Shown: positions 52,110 to 64,000 of the stretch, piece after piece
Position numbering within the stretch: position 1 is the stretch's first letter
Layout: every line of letters begins with the position of its first letter
DNA from: Eledone cirrhosa
Lineage: Eukaryota
DNA length: 64,000 nucleotides
Direction of reading: 5' to 3'
NCBI GenBank assembly: GCA_964016885.1
Contig: OZ024742.1
Coordinates: 24,614,001-24,678,000, forward strand
The notes under the pieces: model-generated
The model's input: the letters and a program-made list of their open reading frames with translations, nothing else
Database searches by the model: none
What the model was told of the DNA's origin: nothing
Made by a program: the position numbers and the translations under genes

Positions 52110-52469
52110 CAAGAGGAAAGTGAATAGTTTGAAAGCGTTGAGGATAATGCGCAGCGTCAGTTGTATAGGATGTACAAATAACAGTAATGTATTCTTTTAA
52201 GAAGACGCAACGTTAAAAGTCGAATACTTCTAAAGTGTCTTGAGAAATGAACTAAAGTGCTGCTACTGCTGCTGATTTCTCTGTGTAAGGAATACACAGT
52301 TATCTGCTGCTGCTGTTGTACATGTATGTATGTGAATATGTATATGTGTAGTACAGTTACGGTCTGATGCTTCCCATGTATGAGGTACATGTACGTATGG
52401 TGTATAGTTACATGTTGCTGATGTTGTACATGTAGGTGTACCTATATGCATATGGTCATATATGTGTGC

Positions 52470-52710
52470 ATATGTACATGTATGTATGGAATACTGTTAT
52501 GTGATGCTGATGTTGTTGTACATGTATGTATGGAATGCTGTTATGTGATGCTGATGTTGTTGTACATGTATGTATGGAATGCTGTTATGTGATGCTGATG
52601 TTGTTGTACATGTATGTATGGAATGCTGTTATGTGATGCTGATGTTGTTGTACATGTATGTATGGAATGCTGTTATGTGATGCTGATGTTGTTGTACATG
52701 TGTGTATGGA
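52470..52710. repeat. 44-bp minisatellite, ~5 units
   Basis: TGTACATGTATGTATGGAATGCTGTTATGTGATGCTGATGTTGT. Confidence 0.9.
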
Positions 52711-55700
52711 ATACAGAGTAAAGTAAATTAGTGCTGCTGCACATGTATGTATGGAATACAGTGTTACATGCTGCTGATGTGGTACATGTATCTATGTATG
52801 CTGCTGCTGATGGAAATGTATGGAATGAAGGTGCATGGCTTAGCAGTTAGAGTATTGGGTTTACAGCTGAGAGCTTGCAAGTTCTCTGATGGGATGATGT
52901 GTTATTTGTTTGAGCAAAACACTTTATTTTGTCTTGCTCAGTCCACTCAGATGTTATAGGTGCCAAGCTGTATCAGCCATTGCCATTCCCTTAGACAAAA
53001 TTTGTGACATGGAGAGGAGAGACTGGTATGTATGGGTGACTTCTGGTCTTCTACAGTGAAACCTTGCCCAGGCTTGTGCTTCAGAGGGAAATGTTGTCAG
53101 TGTAAAACCATGGTCATTCATAACTGCTGGGGGCCAAAACAAAAGAATGTATGGAATATTGTGAGAGTGCTGCTCTATGTATCTGCATCCAAATACATAC
53201 ATTCATTCATAAATTATTGTTACTATTACTGATGTATGTATGTATGTATATGTGTATGCAAGTATGTATATGTGTATGTATGTACATATATGGAAATATG
53301 TGTATGCACAAAACACTTGAATTTGTGAATTAGCCAATCATTGTTGAACATCTCAGGTGCAAAGACTAGAGTGATATCATTTGTTAATATTAGTGTTAAT
53401 TGCATCCTTTTGCAGGGAACAAACTCTGGCTCAGTGTGGGGCTGTAGGGGGTGAGGACATGTGGAGGGTGCAGGAGGAAAAGGGTGAGGATATCTAGTTA
53501 CCTTTTCTTTTTAATTTTTTTCCTCTAAATTTTTTTTATCACTTTTAAACATCACAATCAATGAAAATTAAATTAGATTGTATTTAAATTAAATTTAATT
53601 TAATTAAAGCTGAACAGTTTATTCTGAATTGAAATTTATCATTTTGTATTTTTGAGGAAGTAGAAGAAAAAAAAGAGTCCTCCAACTGGGAGATTAGTTG
53701 TACTCTATAGGATCTTTGCATAATATAAATAATTCAGTTCGTCTGTTGATATAATTGATCTTTTAACCCCTGTACAGCCAGTTTATATTGATGTAATTGA
53801 GATAACACTATCATAGACTCAAACACATCTTATTGTAATGAAAACAAAATAAAACAACTAAGATAGTTGATAACTTTCTTCACAACAGGCACCAATAGAA
53901 ACTAGAGAAGACTGAAAGGAGAGATAACAGGTTTTACTTGCTAATAATGCATCAGTGAATCCAGAAATATAGTCTTCAATGATGCAAGAGTGATAATAAT
54001 GGTTTAGGCACAGGGCCAACAATTTGAGAGGAAGGGAAATTCGATTAAATCAATCCCTGTTCGTTAATGGTACTTTGTTTTATTGAACTCATATGGATGA
54101 AAGGCAAAGCTAACTTTGGTGGGATTTGAGTTCAGAGCGATAAGGGCTGTAACTATATGCTGCAAAGTATGTTGCCCTACACTCTACTGATATTGTTAAT
54201 CTACTTCCCTTGCAAGAGTGGTGATAATAAAAGTATTTAAATTTTGATATACAGATTTGTAGTTGAATTGATCTAAGTTTGGTCTCGGTTGGATGAAAGA
54301 CAAAAGTGAATACCAGCAAAATTTGAACAGAGATGTGATATAATTTATAGTTGCACACTATTACTACTTCTCCATATCACCATTTTATACTTGCCACCAG
54401 CATAGTTGCATGAGGACGAGTTCAACTTCATTTCAAAGATGTCTGGAAAAGAGATAAAAAGTATTAGATCTGGGTGTTCACAGATGGGAAGAAGTCACTG
54501 ATGATTGCCCACACTGGAGATGAGTATTATGCAAGGAGATGAAGCGAAGGGAAGAAAAACTGACTTGAAACTTGCAAACCAAGGAAAAGTGTTCTTGAAG
54601 GAAGGGAAACACAGTAACACTGGAAGAGATAGATCATGTTTAAATGCAGTCAGTGCATTCAAGGTTACTACTCTCGTGTGGGCCTATACAGCCACAGCAG
54701 ATGTTGTGCTGCCACCAGCAGCTGACACAACTTTTATATAATTCTAGGTTACAAGTGCTGGTTATAGTTCACTGTCATCATTTTAATGTCTGCTTTCCCT
54801 GCTGGCAAGAGTTGGGCAGGTGTACATCGACCAAGTTGTACTGAAGCGGCTACTGATCTCCAAGTTAGATGCATTATGCTTATGTACGGTCTCACTTTCT
54901 ACAAGTGCACATGAGAAGTCATGTCTTTGACACAACTAAGGGTGCTCCCAACTCTCTGTTTAAAAAGCTTTCTATGGCTGGATGCCCTTCCTATCAGCAA
55001 CAACTTTACAGCATGTACTGGGTGCATTTATTGTGTAGGTCACCAACACTGGGGAGACTGTCATATTCTTGACAAGACTGAGGGGTCTTCCCAGCATATT
55101 GTTTTGCAAGTTTGTTAAAGCTTGTTGCCCTTTCTATGACTCTTCCTAGTTCAATATATATTAAAATATTTTGCTGTGTATTTTAGAATAGGTACACTTT
55201 ATCTCTGGATATTAGGCAGTGAATTAGCAGAGTTGTTAGAACATCAGATATAATGGTTTGTGGTATTTGTTTCTGCTGTCTGCTATAACCTCTGCTGTAG
55301 TGGGAGAAATAGCCTTAAAAGATTTGTTGTGTTGGTGTTATATATATTAAAACATATCAAAAACGTGTCCATCTTGTGAAAAATTCCCATATGTTCAAGG
55401 AAAACCTACACTTCTAACCTACTGTTGTAAAATCATGTCTGTTAATCTTATACAGCAAGTATGCCTGAAAACTTACATTTTAATTGGAAATTCTTGGGTC
55501 ATCTTATACATACTTGTTTTATACATTGGTATATAAAGTAGCTAAATTATTGGATTTTTCTAAGAATTTATACAAAATCCCAGGAGATATAGTGGGATCT
55601 GGAGCCATAGAAGTAAATCAAAAGAAGATAAAAATTTATATATATATATATCAGAGAAGATACCATGGAAATAGAATAACAACATTTTACAATTGATAAA

Positions 55701-55833
55701 GATGGTCAGTTGAAAATCAAGGCCATCATGTGAAAACTTGGAATAATCTTGTCTCAGAAATTCTCAGAAAATTTGGAGTATTACTGTTGTATATGAAGCT
55801 CTCATGAAAGGATGCTGTGATGACAAAAATTAA

Positions 55834-56030
55834 TCCTTGTGCATTTAAACTAACCATATCCGGTTAGTATTCTCTCACCTCATTCTGTTCAAACCATCCC
55901 TAACTGGCCACTCATACCAATGATAAATTATCAAAATAAATAACATCAAAATCTTGTCACTTCGATATTATGTGAGATAAAGCTTTTACTGTGAAAATAC
56001 AATAATATATATTATGTAAATGGTAAAGGG
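55834..56030. mobile_element. piggyBac-type MITE (diverged)
   Basis: TTAA flanks; body homologous to 13000-13219. Confidence 0.8.
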
Positions 56031-58230
56031 TTAAGGAGTACTTTTTTCTAGAAAATTCTGATGAAAAGATTTAGGTAGTACTGCTATTTATAAAGCTGTT
56101 ATCATTATAATCACCATCATAGATATTTTACGTCTAATTCCCATGCTGGCATGGGTTGGACAAGTTGTCACAGTCCAAGTACAGATGGGTCAATGTGACT
56201 TGTCTGGTTCATTAGGTTCCATATTATAGATGAATGCCCTTACTAACCTCAGTCACCTTATATGTTGTACTATGTGCAGTTTTTACAACATCAGCACTAC
56301 CATTTTTCTGGGTGGATTGTCTGTATTTTGTGATACCAAGGCTAATATTTTATAGGGTGTGTTTTCGTAAGATAATTTAAAGTGTACTGTTGCCCAAGAA
56401 ACTATGATGAGAAAATATCAGGATTCCATCTATATATGAAGCTGCTGGGAAATAATTCAACCAGCTCTTCATATTTGTATATTTGTATACTGTATTATTG
56501 TAATGTATTCAATTTCAATAGAGTGCATCTGTGCCATATAAAAACATCATCATCATAATCATCACCTTAATCATGGTTCTTTAGATTTAATATTTTACAA
56601 GCAGGATTCAAAAATAGTTAAACATTGTGAATTCTAAAACAGCATGTCTGTGTTTCTTTCTTTTATTTTTGTTTTTGTTTGTTTGTATGTGTGTATGAAT
56701 GTGTATATTGTAATTTAGTGATACCTTTTTAAAAACTAAATTTTTCTTTCTGGAAAAGAAAAAAACAACAAAAAACTACAATATCCACAATAAAAAAACA
56801 AAAATGAAACCAATACCATCACCACTGTTGCTCTAATGGCGGTAGTTGTGGCATATCTCCTATAAAACACTTTCCATCAATATCTTGTTACAAACAGCAA
56901 TTTGACGGAAATGCATCTACATAAATTTGACATCATGTCAATTAATTTTGTTCCAATTTCAGCGCCTTAAACATTGGTTACTTTTCACAAGAGTATTGTT
57001 ATATGTTTTGGTTGGTTTAGTGTGTTTATTTGTCTGTGATGTGGTGGGGGTTTCTATTATTGTTTACCTTGTGTAGTTGTGGCTATTGTGAAACCAACAC
57101 CACCACTACCAGCACCACCAACAACATTGCCACCCACCACCACCTCCACTACCCTACCACGATTTCCACCACCTCTTTTAACACCATTGTCACTACCACC
57201 ACCACCACCACCACCTTCTCCACCATCTCTACAACCACCACCACCGCCATCACTTCTAACAACAACAGTAAGCCAAGGAAAAATGACCAGCACGTGCGCA
57301 GTATTAATAACAGCAAAGCCAAAAAACATACAGCAGTAACAGGAATTTTGGGTATCGGTTTGATTCTAAGTGAGAATGTCAGAAAGCATGACAGCAAGAT
57401 AAATTTACATAACATCGCTTACAGTCATAATTTATCAGATTCAACTAGCTTGTGGTATTTTAGGGGTATTTTGTTGTTTTTATACTAAAGAATTTTTTGA
57501 AAAACTACCAACTGTTGCTAATGGAAGCTAGCAGTGTGAGAGTGAATCAAGTTTACATTTTCTTTTTCTAATGTATTCTTTAGTTTTGTTATATGTGAGT
57601 CCATTTTACTGGTTAACCATAACAGAATGAAGTAGTTGCTAATGAACAGATGTCATTTCAATGATGTCCATCCATTGTCATGGGTAACGTCTTCATAGAG
57701 AGAAATTAAATCTACTGTTGGGAGGACATGGGGTGAGCAAGGAGGACTAGGAGTATCAAGAGATGAAGAGGAGGATGTGAAGGAGGATGGGGGGGGGGGG
57801 ATAAGTGGAAGAAGAGTAGAAAGAAGAAAAGGAAGACGTGAAGGATGAGGAGAAGCAATGCATGGTTCATTGTTATGACCAAAGGAATTTGATTCCTCCA
57901 AGAATTCATATGGTTTAGTTTTCCTGCTAAATTATATAGCTTTTGAGCTAGCTGTTGATGTGATTAAGGGAACTCTGAACATCTCCACATGTAACAGATC
58001 TGATATTAACTGTTGCATGTGAGGTTTGGGGTTAAAAGAAACAGATGTTGACAGATATTGAAGGTCACATCCCATTTGGAAATATTGTTAGAAGTAAGTT
58101 CTAGTCTTCAGAGAAGACCCAGAGAGGTGATGAATGTCACATTCCACTTAAAAATATTGTTAGACAAAAGTTCTAGAGTTGATAGAAGACTGAGGGAGGG
58201 AGAGAGATAGAACCAAGGTGATATATATTT

Positions 58231-58782
58231 TTTTGAGTTTCTAACTCAATATATACCTTTGATGTATTCGGCTCCTTCAAATTATGTCGAGCTAATTTAA
58301 ATGTTGTGTAAACATGGCTGTTATTTTTAGTAGCATACGTTTATGAAACATCCTAGGTTCTGATGCCATGTGCATTATTTTATAAATGCACACTATTCAG
58401 TCCTCTGTGATACTTAGAAGGGAAGAGATTACTAATTTTACACCCACTGATGAGCAAGGAATTGGTAATTTCCTTCGCTTAAAATTGCGAAACAGCCAAC
58501 CAAAGCTCTCTGGGTGTTCAGGCAGTTGCCCAATATAGGTTTGTATTTCTTTTTCTTAATTTATTATTTTAAATTGAGTCTGGCAAACCATATTGTTAAG
58601 GGTTAGTATTTTTGCACGCTAGCGAACTTGGTCCCTTACGATTTGAGCACATGTGTGTTTATATTTGTGTTTATCTCTCTTTTATATTCAATTATATTGC
58701 ATGGCTCAGAAAAACCTCTTTGTTTGAGCTATTTAGTTGTAAGAGACTATTTTGAGTTTCTAACTCAATATATACCTTTGAT
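58231..58782 (+). mobile_element. Retrozyme-like element: 519-nt unit plus 33-nt terminal direct repeat, one HHR
   Basis: TTTTGAGTTTCTAACTCAATATATACCTTTGAT at 58231 and 58750; TA repeats on both sides; no credible ORF. Confidence 0.75.
58440..58517 (+). ncRNA. Type I hammerhead ribozyme
   Basis: Stem I ACACCCA/UGGGUGU, CUGAUGA 58447-58453, stem II GCAA/UUGC, GAAA 58489-58492, stem III AGC/GCU, triplet CUC (cut after 58510; C15.2:C16.2 mismatch). Confidence 0.85.
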
Positions 58783-58787
58783 ATATG

Positions 58788-58843
<56 letters not shown>

Positions 58844-59359
58844 CGCATAAGCAGAAAGAGATAGATAAAAAAGAGGCACTGTTCAGAGAGGGGGGTTGTT
58901 TGATGAGGAGAGTCCAGGGTATTCACCCTCAGAGCCCCCAATTAATGCAGCCCTGGCTACAAATTGAAAAGACTTGGAGGTAAATGTAAGGGGTCATAAT
59001 CTTGGTACATGTAAGAATTTTAATGGATATATGATGTAAGGGACTTTGGTCTTACCACAATGTCACATGTAAAGACTGGAAACGAGATATGGTGTGAGGA
59101 ATATGGTCAATCTGCATGTTGTAAAGAGCAGGAGATTGGTGAGGGAGCTTATTTTTGGTACATGTATTAAAGATTTGGAGGGAGATATATGGGAGAACTT
59201 AAATTTCAAGTCAGTTGCAATGGAGATGTGTTAGTGACCAGGTCGCAGACAGTGATGAGAGTTTTGATACCAGGAAATCAATGATAAATATAAAAGAAAG
59301 TGAACAGTTTTAGTGTGTTATTTAAATGGCTGAAATGAATCTTCCATGCTGGAATTATA

Positions 59360-59830
59360 TTAGTTTAAACACAGTCTCGGATCATGTCACTTGCCAGACA
59401 TATACAAACTGTGGCTCAAATGACTGTTCAATACGGTAATTGTTTTAATTCCAACACAGTCTCAGATCAAGTCATTTGCCAAACATGTACAAACTATGGT
59501 TCAAATGACTGTTCAATACAGTAATTGTTTGAGTTTCAACAGTCTCAGATTAAGTCACTTGCCAGATATGTACAAACTGTGGCTAAAATGACTGTTCAAT
59601 ATGGTAATTGTTTTACTTTCAACATGCAGTCTCAGATTAAGTCACTTGCCAGACATGTACAAACTATGGCTAAAATGACTGTTCAATATGGTAATTGTTT
59701 TAGTTTCAACATGCAGTCTCAGATTAAGTCTGTAGCCAGACATTTACAAACTGTGGCTCAAATAAATGTTCAACACAGTATTTGTTTTAGTTTCAACACA
59801 TTGTCTCAGGACAAGTCACTAGCCAGATAA
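59360..59830. repeat. ~87-bp tandem repeat, ~5.5 units
   Basis: AGTCTCAGAT.AAGTCACTTGCCAGA recurs at ~59372, 59458, 59541, 59628, 59715 and 59802. Confidence 0.9.
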
Positions 59831-60189
59831 GTACAGCACTCTGAAGTTTTACTTAGATTTTATGAAAACACCTTAATTTGTGGAAGTGAAGAATATTTTC
59901 ATGCAATCCTTAAGATCTTCAGTACCTACTTTATGAAATACTGGAGTACAAGCTAGGCCCTCAGTTGCCCAACAATAGCTGTATAGCAAACAAATTTCTA
60001 TAAAACATCCTTTGATTCCAGCTCTATTTATTGCTATTCAACTTCCATTAACACAGTTAAAATGTTATTCTAGTTTTCAAAGAATTGCGTTCTTGTTATA
60101 TTTTGAATATTTATTTTCTTTGTTTAAATCAAAGTGTTAAATATATTATAGGATTCTACACACAACATTACAGCATTACACTATATTAT

Positions 60190-61195
60190 ATAACACACCA
60201 CATTATTTCATACTAAACACCACATTATATAATACTACACACCACATTATATAATTGTTTCTACTTTTGGCACAAGGCCAGCAATTACCCAGTACATTAC
60301 TGGTATTTTATTTTATCGACCCCGTAAGGATGAAAGGCAAAGTTAACCTCGGCGGGATTTGAACTCAGACCGTAAAGGGACGTAACTATACTGGAAAGCA
60401 TGGCGTCCGACTCTCTACCAATACCTGCCAATCCACACCACATTATATAATATTACACACCACATTATATTATATAACACACCACATTATTTAATACTAC
60501 ACAGCATATCATATAATACCACACACCACATTATATAATACTACACACCACATTATTTAATACTACACACCACATTATATAATATAACACACCACATTAT
60601 TTAATACTACACACCATATCATATAATATAACAAACTACATTATAAAATACTACACACCACGTTATATAATGCTACACACCACATTATATAATACTAGAC
60701 ACCACATTATATAATACTACACACTACATTATATAATACTACACACCATGTTATATAATACTACACACCACGCTATATAATACTCCACACCACATTATAT
60801 AATACTACATGCCACATTATATAATACTACATACCACATTATATAATACTACACACCACAATATAACAATATATAATACTACACACCCCATTATATAATA
60901 CTACACACCGCATTATATAATACTACACATCACATTATATAATACTACACACCACATTATATAATACTACACACCACATTATATAATACTACGCACCATG
61001 TTATATAATACTACACACCACATTATATAATACTACACATCTGACAAGATAACACGCCACATTATATAATACTGCCCACCACATTATATAATACACCACA
61101 TTATATAATACTTCACACCACATTATATAATACTAGACACCACATTATATGATAACTACACATCTTACAAGATATTACACACTACATTACACCAT
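60190..61195. repeat. 22-bp minisatellite interrupted by a SINE
   Basis: Unit CACACCACATTATATAATACTA. Confidence 0.92.
60255..60433 (-). mobile_element. SINE family 2, near full length
   Basis: Colinear with 63214-63400. Confidence 0.9.
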
Positions 61196-61394
61196 ACAAA
61201 AAAAAAACTGTTATTAAAAGTAAACTTAGCAAGAGAGTAGATGTTACAGTGTTTGCAATTGGACAGAGATAATTTAGTGTTTGAGAGGGCACTTCAGTCT
61301 GACCCAGCATGTGACAACTTCCCTAAGTCTACTTTTCTTCTTTGCCCACATTTTTGTGTGTGTGTGTGGGGGGGGGGGGGACAGAGTGCTCAAA

Positions 61395-61600
61395 TAGACA
61401 TTCCATGGGGTCTTGTTAAAAGCAACCATCTTGAATTGATCTGGCTGGATCCCCAAGCAAGACCAGCCAAGCTCATGGATGTTATCCAACCATCTTACTC
61501 AGGGTCTACCCTGAGGTCTCCTGCTGGTTGGTTTTACCTGTAAAATCCATAATATCGGAGCTGTGATCTCTCAATTCAGAGAAGCTGCATCTCTACCTGG
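61395..61600 (-). mobile_element. Old RTE (Expander/Rex3-like) C-terminal remnant
   Basis: ORF track gives DNIHELGWSCLGI; homologous to 11900-12110. Confidence 0.6.
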
Positions 61601-62009
61601 AGCAACTCTCATATATTTGAGCTACACCTCATTTCTTTTCATCTACCCTAAATCACACCATGTTATATTTTACTACAGCATACTACAGTGTACCACACCA
61701 TGCTACACTACATTCTACTACACCACCCTATATTACATAGTACTACACTAAAACCACAAGACTGTCACAACTTTAATACTTCATGTGACTATTTAATGAA
61801 ACTGTTTACACCAATAACAGTCCAAGTAGTAACAACTACAATAACATCTGCAACCATAGTCACAAGCTGTACCAAATACAAGAATAACAAGTCTTTACAT
61901 TACCAACGATAGTTACAAACAGGTGAAAGTAATGTTATTGTACATTGAAAGATTTTATCAAAATCCTCTTTGTTTTGTCAAAACACACAGCTTAGATAGT
62001 TGTGTCATG

Positions 62010-62052
<43 letters not shown>

Positions 62053-62060
62053 ATGTGTAC

Positions 62061-62104
<44 letters not shown>

Positions 62105-62250
62105 ATATATGTATATATATATCTGTGTGCGTGTATATGTGTATATAAATATATATATGTGTGTATATGTGTATTTATATATATATATGTGTGTATATAT
62201 ATATATATGTGTGTGTGTGTGTATATATATATATGTGTGTGTGTGTGTGC

Positions 62251-62288
<38 letters not shown>

Positions 62289-62626
62289 GCACACATATAC
62301 ATACATATAGCTTAGTCGTTATACATACATACATTATTATATATACACATCCAAACACAAACTTATAGCTTACATAGTTTGCCAAACATATATGTATACA
62401 CATTCATACTACTTTTCTGTTTATATATAATCACAGACACCTTAGATAGTTATGTGTTACTTATATACACACACATATGTACACACAAATATATATATAT
62501 ACACAGAACAGTTAAGTAGCTGTTTGTTATTCAAACATGCATTCAACTTTGGTAGTTTTATGTATACACAGAATTTAACAAGATTGTTACATATATACGC
62601 ATATGTATGAATATACACATACAGAT

Positions 62627-62957
62627 GGAGGCACATGGCTTACAATCGAAAGGTTGTGAGTTCAATTCTCAGACCGGGTGATGTGTTGTTTCCTTGAGCA
62701 AGACACTTTATTTCACATTGCTCCAGTTTACTCAGCTGTAGAAATGAGATGATAGGGCCTAGGGTCCCTATCATTCCACTGCAAAGTGGTCGTGGAGGTG
62801 CCACGGCAGAAAAGCACCCAGCAGTCACTGTAAATGAGGTTGGTGTTAGGAAGGGCATCCAGCTGTAGAAATCAAGCCAGAATCAGTTCCCGTACCACCC
62901 TTGCAAGCAGGGAAAAGTGGACATAAAATGAAATGATGATGATGATGAAATGATGAT
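62627..62957 (+). mobile_element. CORE-type SINE family 1 (small deletion in head)
   Basis: Colinear with 36389-36731. Confidence 0.9.
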
Positions 62958-63089
62958 TTGTATATTTAAGATAGTAGTTGGTTATATATACACACATCAG
63001 TGCATGGGGGAGTGTAGAACTTTAGATAAATTGGGGTAACCACAGATTATAAGGTACTCAATACATTAGTAGAGTGTAAACAGCATTAT

Positions 63090-63210
63090 TTGATACAGAA
63101 ATGGCTTCTACAGGACTAAAACTGTTTCATTTGTATGAAATTATCAGGAATGCCTGGGGATTTCATATGAATGAAACTGTTCTAATTTTGTAGAAGCAAT
63201 TTCTATATGA
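63090..63210. repeat. Decayed fold-back inverted repeat with degenerate HHR cores
   Basis: GCTTCTACAGGACTAAAACTGTTTCATT...ATCAGG / CCTGGGGATTTCA...AATGAAACTGTTCTA...GTAGAAGC. Relatives at 48015-48110 and 33030-33070. Confidence 0.6.
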
Positions 63211-63213
63211 AAT

Positions 63214-63400
63214 AATTGTTTCTACTTTAGGCACAAGGCCAGCAATTACCCAGTGCATTACTGGTACTTTATTTTATCGACCCCGTAAGGTTGAAAGGCA
63301 AAGTCAACCTCGGCGGGATTTGAACTCAGATCGTAAAGGGACATAACTATGCTGGAAAGCATCGCGTCCGACCCTCTACCGATACTGCCAATCCACCGCC
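63214..63400 (-). mobile_element. tRNA-derived SINE family 2, full length with TSD
   Basis: GGCGGTGGATTGGCAGTATCGG head, B box GAGTTCAAATC, 17-bp TSD CAATTTCTATATGAAAT (63197-63213, 63401-63417). Confidence 0.92.
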
Positions 63401-63434
63401 CAATTTCTATATGAAATTTCTATATGAAATAATG

Positions 63435-63468
<34 letters not shown>

Positions 63469-63469
63469 G

Positions 63470-63928
63470 TCTGTGTGAGATGTGCGATTCTGCATAGTAG
63501 TGAGACATGAGCAGCAACTACAGTGGATATGCAACAGCTGGAGAAATGAAGCAAGCATGCTCCGTTGGATGTGCAATGTCAATGTGCATGAACGACCAAG
63601 CATACATGAGTTGAGAGAGAAACTGTGAATAAGAGGAATAAGTTGTAGTGTGTGGGAGAGAAGACTGCATTGGTATGGACATGTGATGCACATGGAGGAT
63701 GACCACTCGGTAAAGAAGTACCAAGATATCCCAGTAGAAAGAAGATGCAGTAGAGGAAGACTACGGAAAACATAGGCGGAGGTGGTGAGAGCGAACCTCA
63801 GATTGCTGAAGCTTACGGAGGAGATGACGAAGGACTGTGAGAAGTGGAGAGATGCTGCGCTGAATAGGACCCATCCCACCTTTGCAAGCAGGAAAAAGCG
63901 GACGTAAATTGATGAGGATGATGATGAT
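63470..63928 (+). mobile_element. RTE family C 3' fragment (decayed)
   Basis: Homologous to 19693-20170; begins after (TA)n; TGA tail. Confidence 0.88.
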
Positions 63929-64000
63929 ATATATGTCATAAACAGGTAAAATTCCAGAGTAACAAGACTCTCTATTTAGCCTTTATAAAATGAATTTATG

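Noticed and set aside
52185-52240. AAGAAGAC...GTCGAA hammerhead-like remnant
   Set aside because: CUG and GAAA are both broken; could be chance.
57030-57488. 152-aa ORF with a signal-peptide-like start and Thr-rich body
   Set aside because: Non-ATG start, the Thr run comes from an (ACC)n repeat, and there is no splice or homology support.
59525-59830. 101-aa repetitive ORF
   Set aside because: Arises from the 87-bp (3x29) tandem unit; frame broken in the earlier units.

Overview
AT-rich, repeat-saturated animal DNA with no recognisable host gene. The SINE and LINE types and the (TA)n/(CA)n density suggest an octopus-like cephalopod, which is an inference. The window holds a 48-bp satellite with higher-order structure (1-5.7 kb) and at least five RTE-clade LINE lineages. 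One is a near-intact copy (38.8-42.9 kb) encoding endonuclease, RT and a PHD-type finger inserted inside the RT. There are also two tRNA-derived SINE families, piggyBac- and hAT-type MITEs, several minisatellites and many microsatellites. Most short ORFs in the track are microsatellite artefacts. The most interesting signal is a set of non-coding islands sitting in (TA)n tracts that carry hammerhead-ribozyme (HHR) folds. These include terminally redundant 'monomer plus a bit' units of 519 and 623 nt (retrozyme/circular-RNA-like) and fold-back palindromes with minimal type I HHRs (Penelope-like pLTR-type). One family has its HHR core in a non-circularly permuted order supported by covariation, and there is a type III fold with a G15.1-C16.1 core pair. 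All folds were derived by eye and none has been computed or tested.
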